Position numbers and translations under genes: made by a program. Source: Macrostomum lignano (lineage: Eukaryota). From it: a stretch of DNA of 64,000 bases. Positions 63,831 through 64,000 of this stretch are shown in pieces. The notes beneath the pieces are model-generated. The model searched no databases. It saw only the letters and a list, made by a program, of their open reading frames with translations, and had not been told where the DNA came from. The stretch lies in assembly GCA_002269645.1 (NCBI GenBank), contig NIVC01003170.1, positions 48,410 to 112,409 on the forward strand, in the 5' to 3' direction. Numbering within the stretch: position 1 is the first letter of the stretch; each line of letters begins with the position of its first letter.

Positions 63831-64000
63831 GCTTTGAGTCTGGACTCCGGAAAGCAGCTGGCTTCCTGTGCGATGCGACCGCCCCTTTAATCGGTCACCG
63901 CCATGCTTTAGCTGCTGTCTGCAAGTATTTCTTACAGATTGTTCAGAGGGCCTGCCGGCTTCAGCGGTCGCGCCATAGATGAATGTGATTGCTTCTGTTA

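Overview
Eukaryotic (intron-containing, invertebrate-like) genomic window. GC-rich exons and minisatellite-filled introns suggest a free-living flatworm such as Macrostomum, but that is a guess. The centrepiece is a full-length 26.6 kb Polinton/Maverick (adintovirus-like endogenous dsDNA virus) at 17296-43926. It has AGTAG...CTACT termini, ~0.5 kb TIRs and a perfect 6-bp TSD (CAGTTG). It encodes major and minor capsid proteins, a packaging ATPase, an adenain protease, protein-primed PolB, an rve integrase, a parvovirus-type PLA2, an adenovirus pX-like protein, a GasderminX-like membrane protein and several orphans. Two elements are nested inside it: a 5.1 kb non-coding TA-TSD DNA transposon carrying two satellite arrays, whose removal restores a hidden 79-aa ORF, and a near-intact 5.4 kb LOA/R1-group LINE with a 13-bp TSD. 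Several Polinton genes carry 1-nt frameshifts, mostly in homopolymers, and the penton has a 4-bp TAGCTA insertion. The flanks hold a piggyBac transposase remnant, a truncated LINE, GCH1 (4 exons), a secreted orphan protein, two head-to-head PAN/Apple-fibrinogen genes, hAT MITEs, SINEs and a long DCX-PLAT (RP1-like) gene. Coordinates were counted by eye; repeat and element boundaries are approximate unless a TSD is quoted. No database searches were run.
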